Assembly: GCA_045588145.1 (NCBI GenBank) | Contig: JAZNDS010000038.1 | Span: 882 to 64,881, forward strand | DNA length: 64,000 nucleotides | DNA from: Eubacteriales bacterium | GTDB taxonomy: Bacteria > Bacillota > Clostridia > Oscillospirales > CAG-272 | Reading direction: 5' to 3' | Shown here: piece after piece, positions 56,797 to 64,000 of the stretch | How positions within the stretch are numbered: position 1 is the first letter of the stretch | How the letters are laid out: every line of letters starts with the position of its first letter | Position numbers and translations under genes: made by a program | Notes under the pieces: generated by a model | What the model saw: only the letters and a program-made list of their open reading frames with translations | Databases searched by the model: none | What the model was told of the DNA's origin: nothing

Positions 56797-56807
56797 ATGG
56801 AATAAGC

Positions 56808-58703
56808 TTACTTATTTGCGTTATATTTAACAGTAACGCCGTCATGTGCAGGGTTGCCGTAAACACCCTGTCCGCCGCCGTAAAGCTGGTCAAACGGACA
56901 AGGCACGAAGTGGTCTTCGCCTTCGTTATGAACGTGATTGTCGTCTACCACCTCATACCCTTCGGCATCGGTGGGGTGGCCGTATCTCGGATTAGAATAG
57001 GCAGAGTTGCTTATACCCGCCTGAACCCTTACGTAAGGCCAGCTCTTGCCCGCAAATTCGCAATACGTATAATTTGCCCAATCACCGTAAAGAACAGTCA
57101 CGTTCTCACAGGAAAGCTGCGGCGCATCGGCAAATGTGGTTCCGTCGATGTTGACCGTTTTACCCGTGTTGCCGATAAGCATGCCCGCGCGGCGGTATGC
57201 ATGCCACTGATAGCTTGAGGTTATGTCGTTATAAGCGTCAATTCTGCATGCGACAACGCAATCCTTGAGTAAGATCTCCGCGCTTTCACTGACACCGCCG
57301 ATAACGCCGCCGATGGCGTTATCGAAGTCGCCCCACTGCGCGGCAATATTGGTAGATTCGTCTATAACGCAGTTGCTGTATACGTGGTTACCCGAAGCCC
57401 AACCGACGATACCGCCCGCATAATACTGATAATCGGCTACGTTCGCGTTCTTAACCGTGATGTTCTCAAAGTGGCAGTTGCCGGATGCAACCGCTGCGAT
57501 CGTTCCGCAGATGGCACTTTCTCCGGAGATATCGGCACCGTCTATCGTAAGATTTTTTATCGTTGCGTTCTCAATCGCGCCGAAGAGCCCAAGCCCGAGA
57601 TCCCCGTAGTAATAGCCGTTATCAAGAGCCCAGGTATTCTGACTGAGGTTGTAGATCGTATGACCGTTCCCGTCAAACGTACCCGTAAACGCCCTGTCGT
57701 GTCTGTACGAGCCTATGGGATCGAAGCAGTTGCCTTCGTTATAGAGGTTTACGTCCGCATCGAGGATAACGGTCTTCGGGCTTTCATCATCAAAAAAGAA
57801 GCTGTTAAGCTGATCTGCGGTTATCGTCGAACGAGCAGAAGACAGGTCGCTGTCTTCAACGCTGCCGTCTATCATTTTGGAAAAAGCGGCAAAGGCCTCT
57901 GCGGAAGCTATGTTGACCTCGGTCGCGTTCGGGTCTACCCATGAGAAGTCAAGCGTGCCGTCCCATGCGTCGGGAATCGTCGGAGCCTCGGGAAATTCGG
58001 AATTTATGTCGTAAATAAAACCGTCGCCGTCATTTTCATAGGACATCTGCGTTGCCAAAAGCGACACAGCGAAGTCTATGGACAGTCCGCCGTCAACGTT
58101 GAATTCGTTATCGTTTTCGGTAGGAATCCAGCAAAGACCGATTTCATACGTTATGGATTCACCGGGAAGAAGGAAGGCTTCAACCGTAAATCCATCACCG
58201 AAGGAAGGCATATTGGCAGGGTCATAAGCAGGAATGGCGGAGTCAATTTGCTGATTTTCAAGCGTTTCGTCCTCCATGACCGTATCGGTGCCGGTGTTTT
58301 TGTTGCGCGCGATAGCATAGACGGATAAAGCGTCTGCAAGCGTTTTGCCCGACGGAGTCTCGGTTGCGTTTGCGTAAATGATACTCAATTGATATTTAAG
58401 CGCAAGCATACCGTTATTGACTACCTCAAAGCGGCCGCCGGCAAAGGCGCCGGGCTCCCAAACAATGGGGTCACCGTTGATATCCATAAAGATTTTGGTA
58501 TCCTCGTTAACCTCTTCGGGGGTGCCGTTATAGGAGTTGGTATAAATCAAATCAACGTCCAAATCTCCCGACTGGATTTGGTTTATTCCGCTTGAAGAAG
58601 AATCGGTAAACCAAGCAAAGGTCGTGCCAACAAGCATAGTAAAGCAAACGGCGATTGCAATTACGCTGCTAAAAAGGGGGATATTCCTGTTTCTGAATTT
58701 CAT
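56808..58703 (-). CDS. Secreted TasA/camelysin-like (Peptidase_M73-like) N-domain fused to a GLUG/beta-helix-like C-terminal region
   Basis: SipW-class signal region LVGTTFAWFTDSS, then SGDLDVDL...WEPGAFAGGRFEVVNNGMLALKY...FAVSLLATQ (compare TasA GTLDL and FEATQ). The C-terminal half has repeats GLFGAIENATIKNLTI, AGGIVGW and IGGVIGG. Confidence 0.8.
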   Translation of the reverse strand: MKFRNRNIPLFSSVIAIAVCFTMLVGTTFAWFTDSSSSGINQIQSGDLDVDLIYTNSYNGTPEEVNEDTKIFMDINGDPIVWEPGAFAGGRFEVVNNGMLALKYQLSIIYANATETPSGKTLADALSVYAIARNKNTGTDTVMEDETLENQQIDSAIPAYDPANMPSFGDGFTVEAFLLPGESITYEIGLCWIPTENDNEFNVDGGLSIDFAVSLLATQMSYENDGDGFIYDINSEFPEAPTIPDAWDGTLDFSWVDPNATEVNIASAEAFAAFSKMIDGSVEDSDLSSARSTITADQLNSFFFDDESPKTVILDADVNLYNEGNCFDPIGSYRHDRAFTGTFDGNGHTIYNLSQNTWALDNGYYYGDLGLGLFGAIENATIKNLTIDGADISGESAICGTIAAVASGNCHFENITVKNANVADYQYYAGGIVGWASGNHVYSNCVIDESTNIAAQWGDFDNAIGGVIGGVSESAEILLKDCVVACRIDAYNDITSSYQWHAYRRAGMLIGNTGKTVNIDGTTFADAPQLSCENVTVLYGDWANYTYCEFAGKSWPYVRVQAGISNSAYSNPRYGHPTDAEGYEVVDDNHVHNEGEDHFVPCPFDQLYGGGQGVYGNPAHDGVTVKYNANK

Positions 58704-58767
58704 TTTTTTACCTCTTTTAAATATTTTTTGTTTTTTAATAATTTCTTGCTGATTTTGGCGATAATCC

Positions 58768-59346
58768 TTATTTGCCCAACGCTTTTCCGATCTGCATGCT
58801 GAAAAACATGAGCATCAACACGGTAGGGATCAAAATACTGATAAAGTAACCGCGCGGGGTCTTTAAAAACGCAAAAAGACTGCCAACGTCGGGTATTTTA
58901 AAGAGATACTTGCCCATAATGTTCTCGGGCTTAACCGGTGTCGTGTCGTTGACGCCCGTGTTTATTCCGTAGGTAACGAAGCCGATGATGTTTCCGTCAT
59001 GACCGTATCTTATTTCTCTTATCTTGTGCGTTACGGTTTTTCCGTAGCTATCGGGATTATAAGAAAAGAAGGTTATAACATCGCCTGCTTTAAGCGCGGT
59101 AGCATCTTCAACCCTTCTTATTATTATAAGGTCACCCGCATCGAAAAAGATCGGTTCGTTTTCGCTTGATGAAGATTGGCTCATAGAGTCGCTTGCCACG
59201 ATTAAGAGCTGAAACCCCAAAACCTCCCTGCTGTTCTTCTCTCCGCTTAAAGAGGCAAAAATCATGATCAGCGCCATAGCAACCGAGAAAAAGCAGCATA
59301 GCCAAGCAAAAAAGGATATTATTTGTTCAAAAAATGTTCTCTTCAA
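58768..59346 (-). CDS. Signal peptidase I, SipW (ER/archaeal) type
   Basis: N-terminal TM, catalytic SDSM motif, GDVITF, TVTHKI, and a C-terminal TM. TTG start with a GAAGGA RBS. Confidence 0.8.
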   Translation of the reverse strand: MKRTFFEQIISFFAWLCCFFSVAMALIMIFASLSGEKNSREVLGFQLLIVASDSMSQSSSSENEPIFFDAGDLIIIRRVEDATALKAGDVITFFSYNPDSYGKTVTHKIREIRYGHDGNIIGFVTYGINTGVNDTTPVKPENIMGKYLFKIPDVGSLFAFLKTPRGYFISILIPTVLMLMFFSMQIGKALGK

Positions 59347-59441
59347 CGTTTATTCCTTCTCAACCCCCTGCCAAAAGTAACAAGCAAAAAAAGCATGCAC
59401 GTTGAGTTACAAATTAACTCATAGCACAAATGATAGCACGA

Positions 59442-59473
59442 TTTTAACTAAAAGTCAACACGTTTAGTTAAAA
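59442..59473. promoter_or_regulatory. Candidate operator: 11-bp perfect inverted repeat overlapping the XRE promoter
   Basis: TTTTAACTAAA-N10-TTTAGTTAAAA. TATAAT at 59478-59483. A second inverted repeat GAGTTA-N5-TAACTC lies at 59404-59420. Confidence 0.5.
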
Positions 59474-59520
59474 CCGCTATAATATTGTTGTAATTGTTTA
59501 AAGGAAAAGAGTGATGCGGA

Positions 59521-59799
59521 ATGGATTTTGGTGAAAAGATACGAAATGCAAGAGAAGATATGGACTTATCCCAACGAGATATGGCGAGTCTTATTCCAAT
59601 GAATCAATCGAATTACTCTAAAATAGAGCGCAATGTTCAGGAGCCTAACCTTGAACAGCTTCGCCGCATTTGCCAAATACTCAACATAGATCCCCGCTAC
59701 CTTTTAAACCTCGGTGATTACGTATCTATTACCGAGGCCGATATGAAGCTTTTGAAGGAAACAAAAGCTTTTATTCAGGCGCATAAAAACGAAAAATAG
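59521..59799 (+). CDS. XRE-family HTH regulator with short helical C-terminal tail (SinR-like architecture)
   Basis: LSQRDMASLIPMNQSNYSKIERN helix-turn-helix. 92 aa. Divergent from the sipW and TasA-like genes. Confidence 0.8.
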   Translation: MDFGEKIRNAREDMDLSQRDMASLIPMNQSNYSKIERNVQEPNLEQLRRICQILNIDPRYLLNLGDYVSITEADMKLLKETKAFIQAHKNEK

Positions 59800-59804
59800 C
59801 AGAG

Positions 59805-59952
59805 CGACGGCGGCCCTTTTTTCGCACGAGGAGATTGTGACCGATAACGAAGGGATGCGCTATTTTCTCGCGATTGCGGATAAATAAGCCAATAATGTAA
59901 AAGAAACTATATAAAAAGAGCAGAACCAAGGTTCTGCTCTTTTTGTGTTCGC
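59805..59952 (+). repeat. Right 148-bp direct repeat (orphan copy of PPTase 3' end plus terminator)
   Basis: Same as 56649..56796 with 5 transitions, all toward A/T. Confidence 0.9.
59913..59946 (+). terminator. Duplicated terminator copy
   Basis: AGAGCAGAAC-caag-GTTCTGCTCT followed by TTTTT. Confidence 0.75.
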
Positions 59953-60039
59953 GCGCGGCTTCGCCGCCTTTTCGTAAGGGGGCGGCTTCCCCAAAGGGGC
60001 GCCGCGGGGCGGAAAAGAGGCAAAAATCGGCGGTCACCC

Positions 60040-60068
60040 TTGACAAATCGGCCCCTTTATTATATAAT
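60040..60068 (+). promoter_or_regulatory. Consensus sigma-A promoter for alaS
   Basis: TTGACA-N17-TATAAT exactly. The leader is about 50 nt and has no T-box motif. Confidence 0.65.
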
Positions 60069-60119
60069 CATTTAGAATAAATAAAGATATAATAGCCGAT
60101 AGGCTTTGGAGGAAAAAGG

Positions 60120-62723
60120 ATGAAATGGACGTCTCTTAACGATCTGCGCGAGGCCTTTCTTTCGTTTTTCGAAAGCAAGGGGCATTTGCGCCTTCCCAGC
60201 TTTTCGCTGGTCCCGCAGGGGGATAGATCCCTGCTTCTCATCAATTCGGGCATGGCGCCGATGAAGAAGTATTTTACGGGGGAGGTCACGCCCCCCTCGA
60301 CCCGTGTCGCCACCTGCCAGAAGTGCATCCGCACGCCTGACCTTGACCGTGTCGGCCACACCGCGCGCCACGGCACCTTCTTCGAGATGCTCGGCAACTT
60401 CTCCTTCGGCGACTACTTTAAGGAGGAGGCCATCCCCTTCGCGTGGGAATTCTTAACCGAATGCCTTGCGATCCCCGGCTCTCTTTTGTGGCCCTCGATC
60501 TACGAAAATGACGAGGAGGCCTATAAGATCTGGACCGAGAAGATCGGCGTCGATCCCAAGAAGGTCGTGCGCCTCGGCAAGGCCGATAACTTCTGGGAGC
60601 ATGGCGAAGGCCCCTGCGGTCCCTGCTCCGAGATCTATTTTGACCGCGGCGAAAAATACGGCTGCGGCTCGCCCGATTGCCGCCCGGGGTGCGATTGCGA
60701 CCGCTATATGGAGATCTGGAACAACGTATTCTCCCAGTTCAACAACGACGGCAAGGGCAATTATACCGAGCTTGCCCAGAAGAATATCGATACGGGCATG
60801 GGGCTTGAGCGTCTGGCCTGCGTTCTGCAGGGGGTCGACAACCTCTTTGAGGTCGACTCGGTGCGTAAGATCCTCGATTCGGTGTGCGCCGTTGCCGGGA
60901 AGACCTACGGCGTCGATAAGGAGGACGATATTTCGATCCGCGTGGTGACCGACCACGTTAGAAGCGCCACCTTTATGATCGCGGACGGGGTCATTCCCTC
61001 GAACGAGGGCAGGGGGTACGTTCTGCGCCGTATCCTTCGCCGCGCCGCCCGCCACGGCAAGCTGTTGGGCATTGACCGTATGTTCCTTTGCGAGATGTGC
61101 GAGGTCGCCATCGGCGAGAGCCGTGACGCCTATCCCGAGCTTTCGACCAAGCATGACTATATTTTGGCGGTCGTTGAAAAGGAAGAGGAGCGCTTCCACG
61201 CGACGCTTGACAGCGGCCTGCGTATGCTCTCCGAGATGATGGAGAAGGCCGAAGAAAAGGCGCTTTCGGGCGAGGACTGCTTTAAGCTGTACGATACCTA
61301 CGGCTTTCCCTTTGATCTGACGCGCGAGATCGCCGAGGAGCGAGGCTTCAGCACCGATGAGGAGGCCTTCCGCGCGCTGATGAACGAGCAGCGTGCCCGC
61401 GCCCGCGCCGCCCGCAACACGGCGGGGGGCTGGAGCGAATCCTCGAAAACCGCCCTTTCGGGCCTTCCGAAGACCGAATTCCTCGGCTATACCGAAAACG
61501 AGTGCGAGGCGAAGCTTCTCGCCATTCTGGTGGAGGGCGAAAGCGTTTCGGCCGTTTCCGAGGGAGAGGCGACCCTGATCTTTGACCGCACCGTCTTTTA
61601 CGGAGAGGGCGGCGGCCAGGTGGGCGACACCGGCCTTATCAAAAAGGGCGAGCTTTCCTTCCGTGTTTCGGATACCAAAAAGAGCGACGGCGTATACCTG
61701 CATGAGCTTAGCGATATTTCGGGGCTGATCGAGGTAGGGGACACGCTCTCGCTTTCGATCGACGAAGCACGCCGCGCGGCCATTCGCCGCAACCATTCCT
61801 CGGCGCACCTGTTGCAGGCCGCGCTCCGCTCGGTGCTTGGCACGCACGTTGAGCAGGCGGGCTCGTACGTCGATGAAAAGGAAATGCGCTTTGACTTTAC
61901 CCACTTCTCGGCCATGACGAAGGAAGAGATCGCCGCGGTCGAAGCGCTCGTGAACCGATATATTCTCGCGGCCGAGGAGGCCGAAACCGTGGAGACTGAC
62001 CCCGAAAGCGCGAAAAAGATGGGCGCTATGGCTCTCTTTAACGAGAAGTACGGGGACCGTGTCCGCGTGGTGAAGATCGGCAGCCACTCGGTCGAGCTTT
62101 GCGGCGGCACGCACGTGCATAACAGCGGCGCCATCGGCCTTTTCCGCATCCTGTCCGAAAGCTCGGTCGCGGCGGGGGTCCGCCGTATCACCGCCTTGAC
62201 CGGCGCGAACGTCCTTGCCTATCTTGATAAGAAGGAAGAGACCGTGGCGGCCGTCGCCAAGGAATTGAAGGCCAATAACGTATCCGATCTTCTCCATCGG
62301 GCCGAGGCTGTCAGCGCCGAGCTGAAGGAGACCCGCCGCCGCCTGGAGAGCGCCGAGGCGAAGCTTTCCGAGGCGAAGCTTTCCACGCTTCTTTCCGAGG
62401 CAAGGACGGTAGGCACCCTTCGCCTGCTTACGGCAAGGCTGGATATGAGCGCCGATGCCGCCCGCAGCCTTTGCGACGGCATCAAGGAAAAATACGCCGA
62501 TATGGTGGCGGTCTTTGCCGCCGTCAACGGCGATAAGCTCAATTTCGTTGCCTGCTGCGGCAAGGACGCTGTGAAGGCGGGCGCGCACGCGGGAAAGATC
62601 CTTTCCGCGGTCAGCGCGATCTGCGGCGGCAAGGGAGGCGGTCGGCCCGACAGCGCCATGAGCGGCGGCCGTGACCTTTCCAAAATAGAGGAAGCTCTGG
62701 CGGCAGTCGAGGGGCTTTTGTAA
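60120..62723 (+). CDS. alaS: Alanine--tRNA ligase
   Basis: RHGTFFEMLGNFSFGDYFK, the editing-domain HSSAHLL...CGGTHV Zn motif, and a C-terminal DHHA1-like GGKGGGRPD. Confidence 0.96.
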   Translation: MKWTSLNDLREAFLSFFESKGHLRLPSFSLVPQGDRSLLLINSGMAPMKKYFTGEVTPPSTRVATCQKCIRTPDLDRVGHTARHGTFFEMLGNFSFGDYFKEEAIPFAWEFLTECLAIPGSLLWPSIYENDEEAYKIWTEKIGVDPKKVVRLGKADNFWEHGEGPCGPCSEIYFDRGEKYGCGSPDCRPGCDCDRYMEIWNNVFSQFNNDGKGNYTELAQKNIDTGMGLERLACVLQGVDNLFEVDSVRKILDSVCAVAGKTYGVDKEDDISIRVVTDHVRSATFMIADGVIPSNEGRGYVLRRILRRAARHGKLLGIDRMFLCEMCEVAIGESRDAYPELSTKHDYILAVVEKEEERFHATLDSGLRMLSEMMEKAEEKALSGEDCFKLYDTYGFPFDLTREIAEERGFSTDEEAFRALMNEQRARARAARNTAGGWSESSKTALSGLPKTEFLGYTENECEAKLLAILVEGESVSAVSEGEATLIFDRTVFYGEGGGQVGDTGLIKKGELSFRVSDTKKSDGVYLHELSDISGLIEVGDTLSLSIDEARRAAIRRNHSSAHLLQAALRSVLGTHVEQAGSYVDEKEMRFDFTHFSAMTKEEIAAVEALVNRYILAAEEAETVETDPESAKKMGAMALFNEKYGDRVRVVKIGSHSVELCGGTHVHNSGAIGLFRILSESSVAAGVRRITALTGANVLAYLDKKEETVAAVAKELKANNVSDLLHRAEAVSAELKETRRRLESAEAKLSEAKLSTLLSEARTVGTLRLLTARLDMSADAARSLCDGIKEKYADMVAVFAAVNGDKLNFVACCGKDAVKAGAHAGKILSAVSAICGGKGGGRPDSAMSGGRDLSKIEEALAAVEGLL

Positions 62724-62735
62724 AGAAAACTGTGC

Positions 62736-62766
62736 TAAAAAGCCTCCTCTTGCAGGAGGCTTTTCC
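62736..62766 (+). terminator. Rho-independent terminator of alaS
   Basis: AAGCCTCCT-cttgc-AGGAGGCTT followed by TTT. Confidence 0.7.
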
Positions 62767-62797
62767 GCCTTATTTCAGGAAAGAAAGGAAGAAAAAC

Positions 62798-63277
62798 ATG
62801 AAATACGAAGCATTACCGAAAAGGGTTTTATATCTGTGGCTCCTGCGCGGTGCCCTGGGGGCGATCCCGACGCTTGCGGGCTTTCTTGTCGCGCTTTTTC
62901 TTTGCGAGGGGAGGGCGCGCCTTTGTGTTGCCATCTTCGGCGGGGCGGCTCTTCTTATCGCGCTGTTCTTTATGCTGGCCTTTCCCGCTTTGCGCTTTGC
63001 GCGCTATCAGTACGCCTACGACGAAAAGCGCATCGCCGTTCGCCGCGGCGTCATCTTCCGTGAAAGCGTTATCATCCCGCTCTATCAGATCCAGGATCTG
63101 CATAAGACCGAGGGGCCGCTGATGATGCTTCTTTCGCTTGCGGGCGTCAGCCTTTCAACGGCGGGCTCCTCCTTTTCGCTGGCGACCCTTGAAAAGGACG
63201 CTGTGGACCGTATGATAAGCGAGCTGGAGAGCCTTGCCGCTGTTCGCTTTGAGGAGAACCGAAATGAAGCGCTTTGA
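62798..63277 (+). CDS. YdbS-like bacterial PH-domain (bPH_2) membrane protein
   Basis: Two N-terminal TM segments, then YAYDEKRIAVRRGVIFRESVIIPLYQIQDL. Start trimmed to MKYEALPK. Confidence 0.75.
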   Translation: MKYEALPKRVLYLWLLRGALGAIPTLAGFLVALFLCEGRARLCVAIFGGAALLIALFFMLAFPALRFARYQYAYDEKRIAVRRGVIFRESVIIPLYQIQDLHKTEGPLMMLLSLAGVSLSTAGSSFSLATLEKDAVDRMISELESLAAVRFEENRNEAL

Positions 63278-64000
63278 TAAGGGGTATTTTTTCTATCACC
63301 TGCTGACCGACCTTTTTCTTTCGATCATTTTCGCCTTTGCCTTTCTTGACGAGCTGCTGCTTGTCGGCGAAGAGGGGGAGATCCTTGGGATCCAAGGCGA
63401 AGCGATCCTTCCGTTTTGCGTGATCGCTGTGGCGATCTATCTGGTCCTTTGCGGCTACCGCGCGCTCTACCTCTACCGCTCGGGCTATGAGCTTACCGGA
63501 AACGAGATCCTTTGCCGGCGCGGGGCATTCTTCAGTAAGCGCTCGCATCTCGAATATCGGCGTGCCAACGCGATCAACAAACGGCAGAACCTTTTTCAGC
63601 GCCTTTTCGGGATCGCGGTCCTGACGGTCGACAGCGGCGCGACGACGCAGGCCGCCACCGCCGAGATCACGGTGGTTGAAAAAAGCGAGGTCGTCGATGC
63701 GCTTATGCGCGAAATAAAGGCGCGCCAGAGCGGCGTGGCCGCTTCTTCCTCCGAGGAGGAGGGCGCGGCGGAGGTCAAGCTTTCGGAGGGGGAGGGGCTT
63801 TACGCCTTCCCGAAGGCCAAAAAGCTGCTTTACGCGCTGGTAAGCCTTGCTTCGGCCGCCTTTTACACCCTGATCTTCGCGCTTTTGGCGGTTGGCGCCG
63901 TGGCGCTTTTCACGGGGCTCCTTTCGCGGGCGGGGACCCCCTCGGCGGTGCTTGCCCCCGTGGCGCTTTTGGCGGTGATCGTGCTGCTTGCGATCGCGCT
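63264..64000 (+). CDS. YdbT-like multi-bPH_2 membrane protein (3' end beyond window)
   Basis: Not in the ORF track because there is no stop in the window. Hand translation gives MKRFDKGYFFYHLL...YELTGNEILCRRGAFFSKRSHLEYRRANAINKRQNLFQRLFGIAVLTVDSG, open to base 64000. It overlaps the upstream stop, matching the typical ydbS-ydbT arrangement. Confidence 0.7.
   Translation, partial: MKRFDKGYFFYHLLTDLFLSIIFAFAFLDELLLVGEEGEILGIQGEAILPFCVIAVAIYLVLCGYRALYLYRSGYELTGNEILCRRGAFFSKRSHLEYRRANAINKRQNLFQRLFGIAVLTVDSGATTQAATAEITVVEKSEVVDALMREIKARQSGVAASSSEEEGAAEVKLSEGEGLYAFPKAKKLLYALVSLASAAFYTLIFALLAVGAVALFTGLLSRAGTPSAVLAPVALLAVIVLLAIA

Larger units (their letters stand above)
56797..59804. mobile_element. 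About 3.0-kb AT-richer inserted cassette (TasA-like fusion, SipW-like peptidase, XRE regulator) without recombinase
   Basis: Bounded by the 148-bp direct repeats. Composition is visibly AT-richer than flanking genes. It interrupts an otherwise contiguous PPTase-terminator to alaS-promoter junction. Confidence 0.7.

Noticed and set aside
59771-60046. ORF 59771..60046(-), which shares a peptide (...HKKSRTLVLLFLYSFFYIIGLF.RNRE.IAHPFVIGH.LLVRKKGRRR...) with part of ORF 55628..56893(-).
   Set aside because: The shared peptide is the antisense translation of the 148-bp direct repeat (PPTase 3' end plus terminator). It is not a duplicated gene.

Overview
High-GC, Firmicutes-type chromosomal segment, probably from a sporulating Clostridia lineage. 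This placement rests on a SCIFF peptide and maturase, spoVAC-AD-AE, and a forespore-type promoter. The window spans the replication origin: dnaA, an oriC-like spacer, dnaN, recF, a remB-like gene, gyrB and gyrA sit at about 44.5-53.2 kb. Right of the origin, genes are almost all on the + strand (rnj, PPTase, alaS, ydbS/T-like). Left of it, housekeeping genes (ileS, asd, parvulin and cyclophilin PPIases, yifB, an ABC exporter pair, a CDF transporter) are mixed with carbohydrate genes. These include an AraC / GPH-symporter / GH2 unit, a CE15-like esterase, and two paralogous ~1300-aa beta-helix lipoproteins flanking a 919-aa cytoplasmic hydrolase-like protein. Most long ORFs in the six-frame track are antisense or off-frame shadows of these genes, which is typical of GC-rich DNA, and they are not called. 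Features absent from the ORF track: a 48-aa SCIFF precursor, several exact or near-consensus sigma-A promoters, many rho-independent terminators, a dispersed modular REP-like repeat family, and a ~204-bp tandem/mosaic repeat block. Also absent is a ~235-bp inverted repeat pair bracketing about 15.7 kb. The most interesting signal is two AT-richer insertions, each bounded by direct repeats that duplicate the 3' end of a host gene. Each carries an XRE regulator next to the right-hand repeat, and neither has a recombinase. The larger insertion (56.8-59.8 kb) carries a SipW-type signal peptidase and a 631-aa TasA/camelysin-like protein fused to a GLUG/beta-helix-like C-terminal region. No rRNA, tRNA or CRISPR array was seen.
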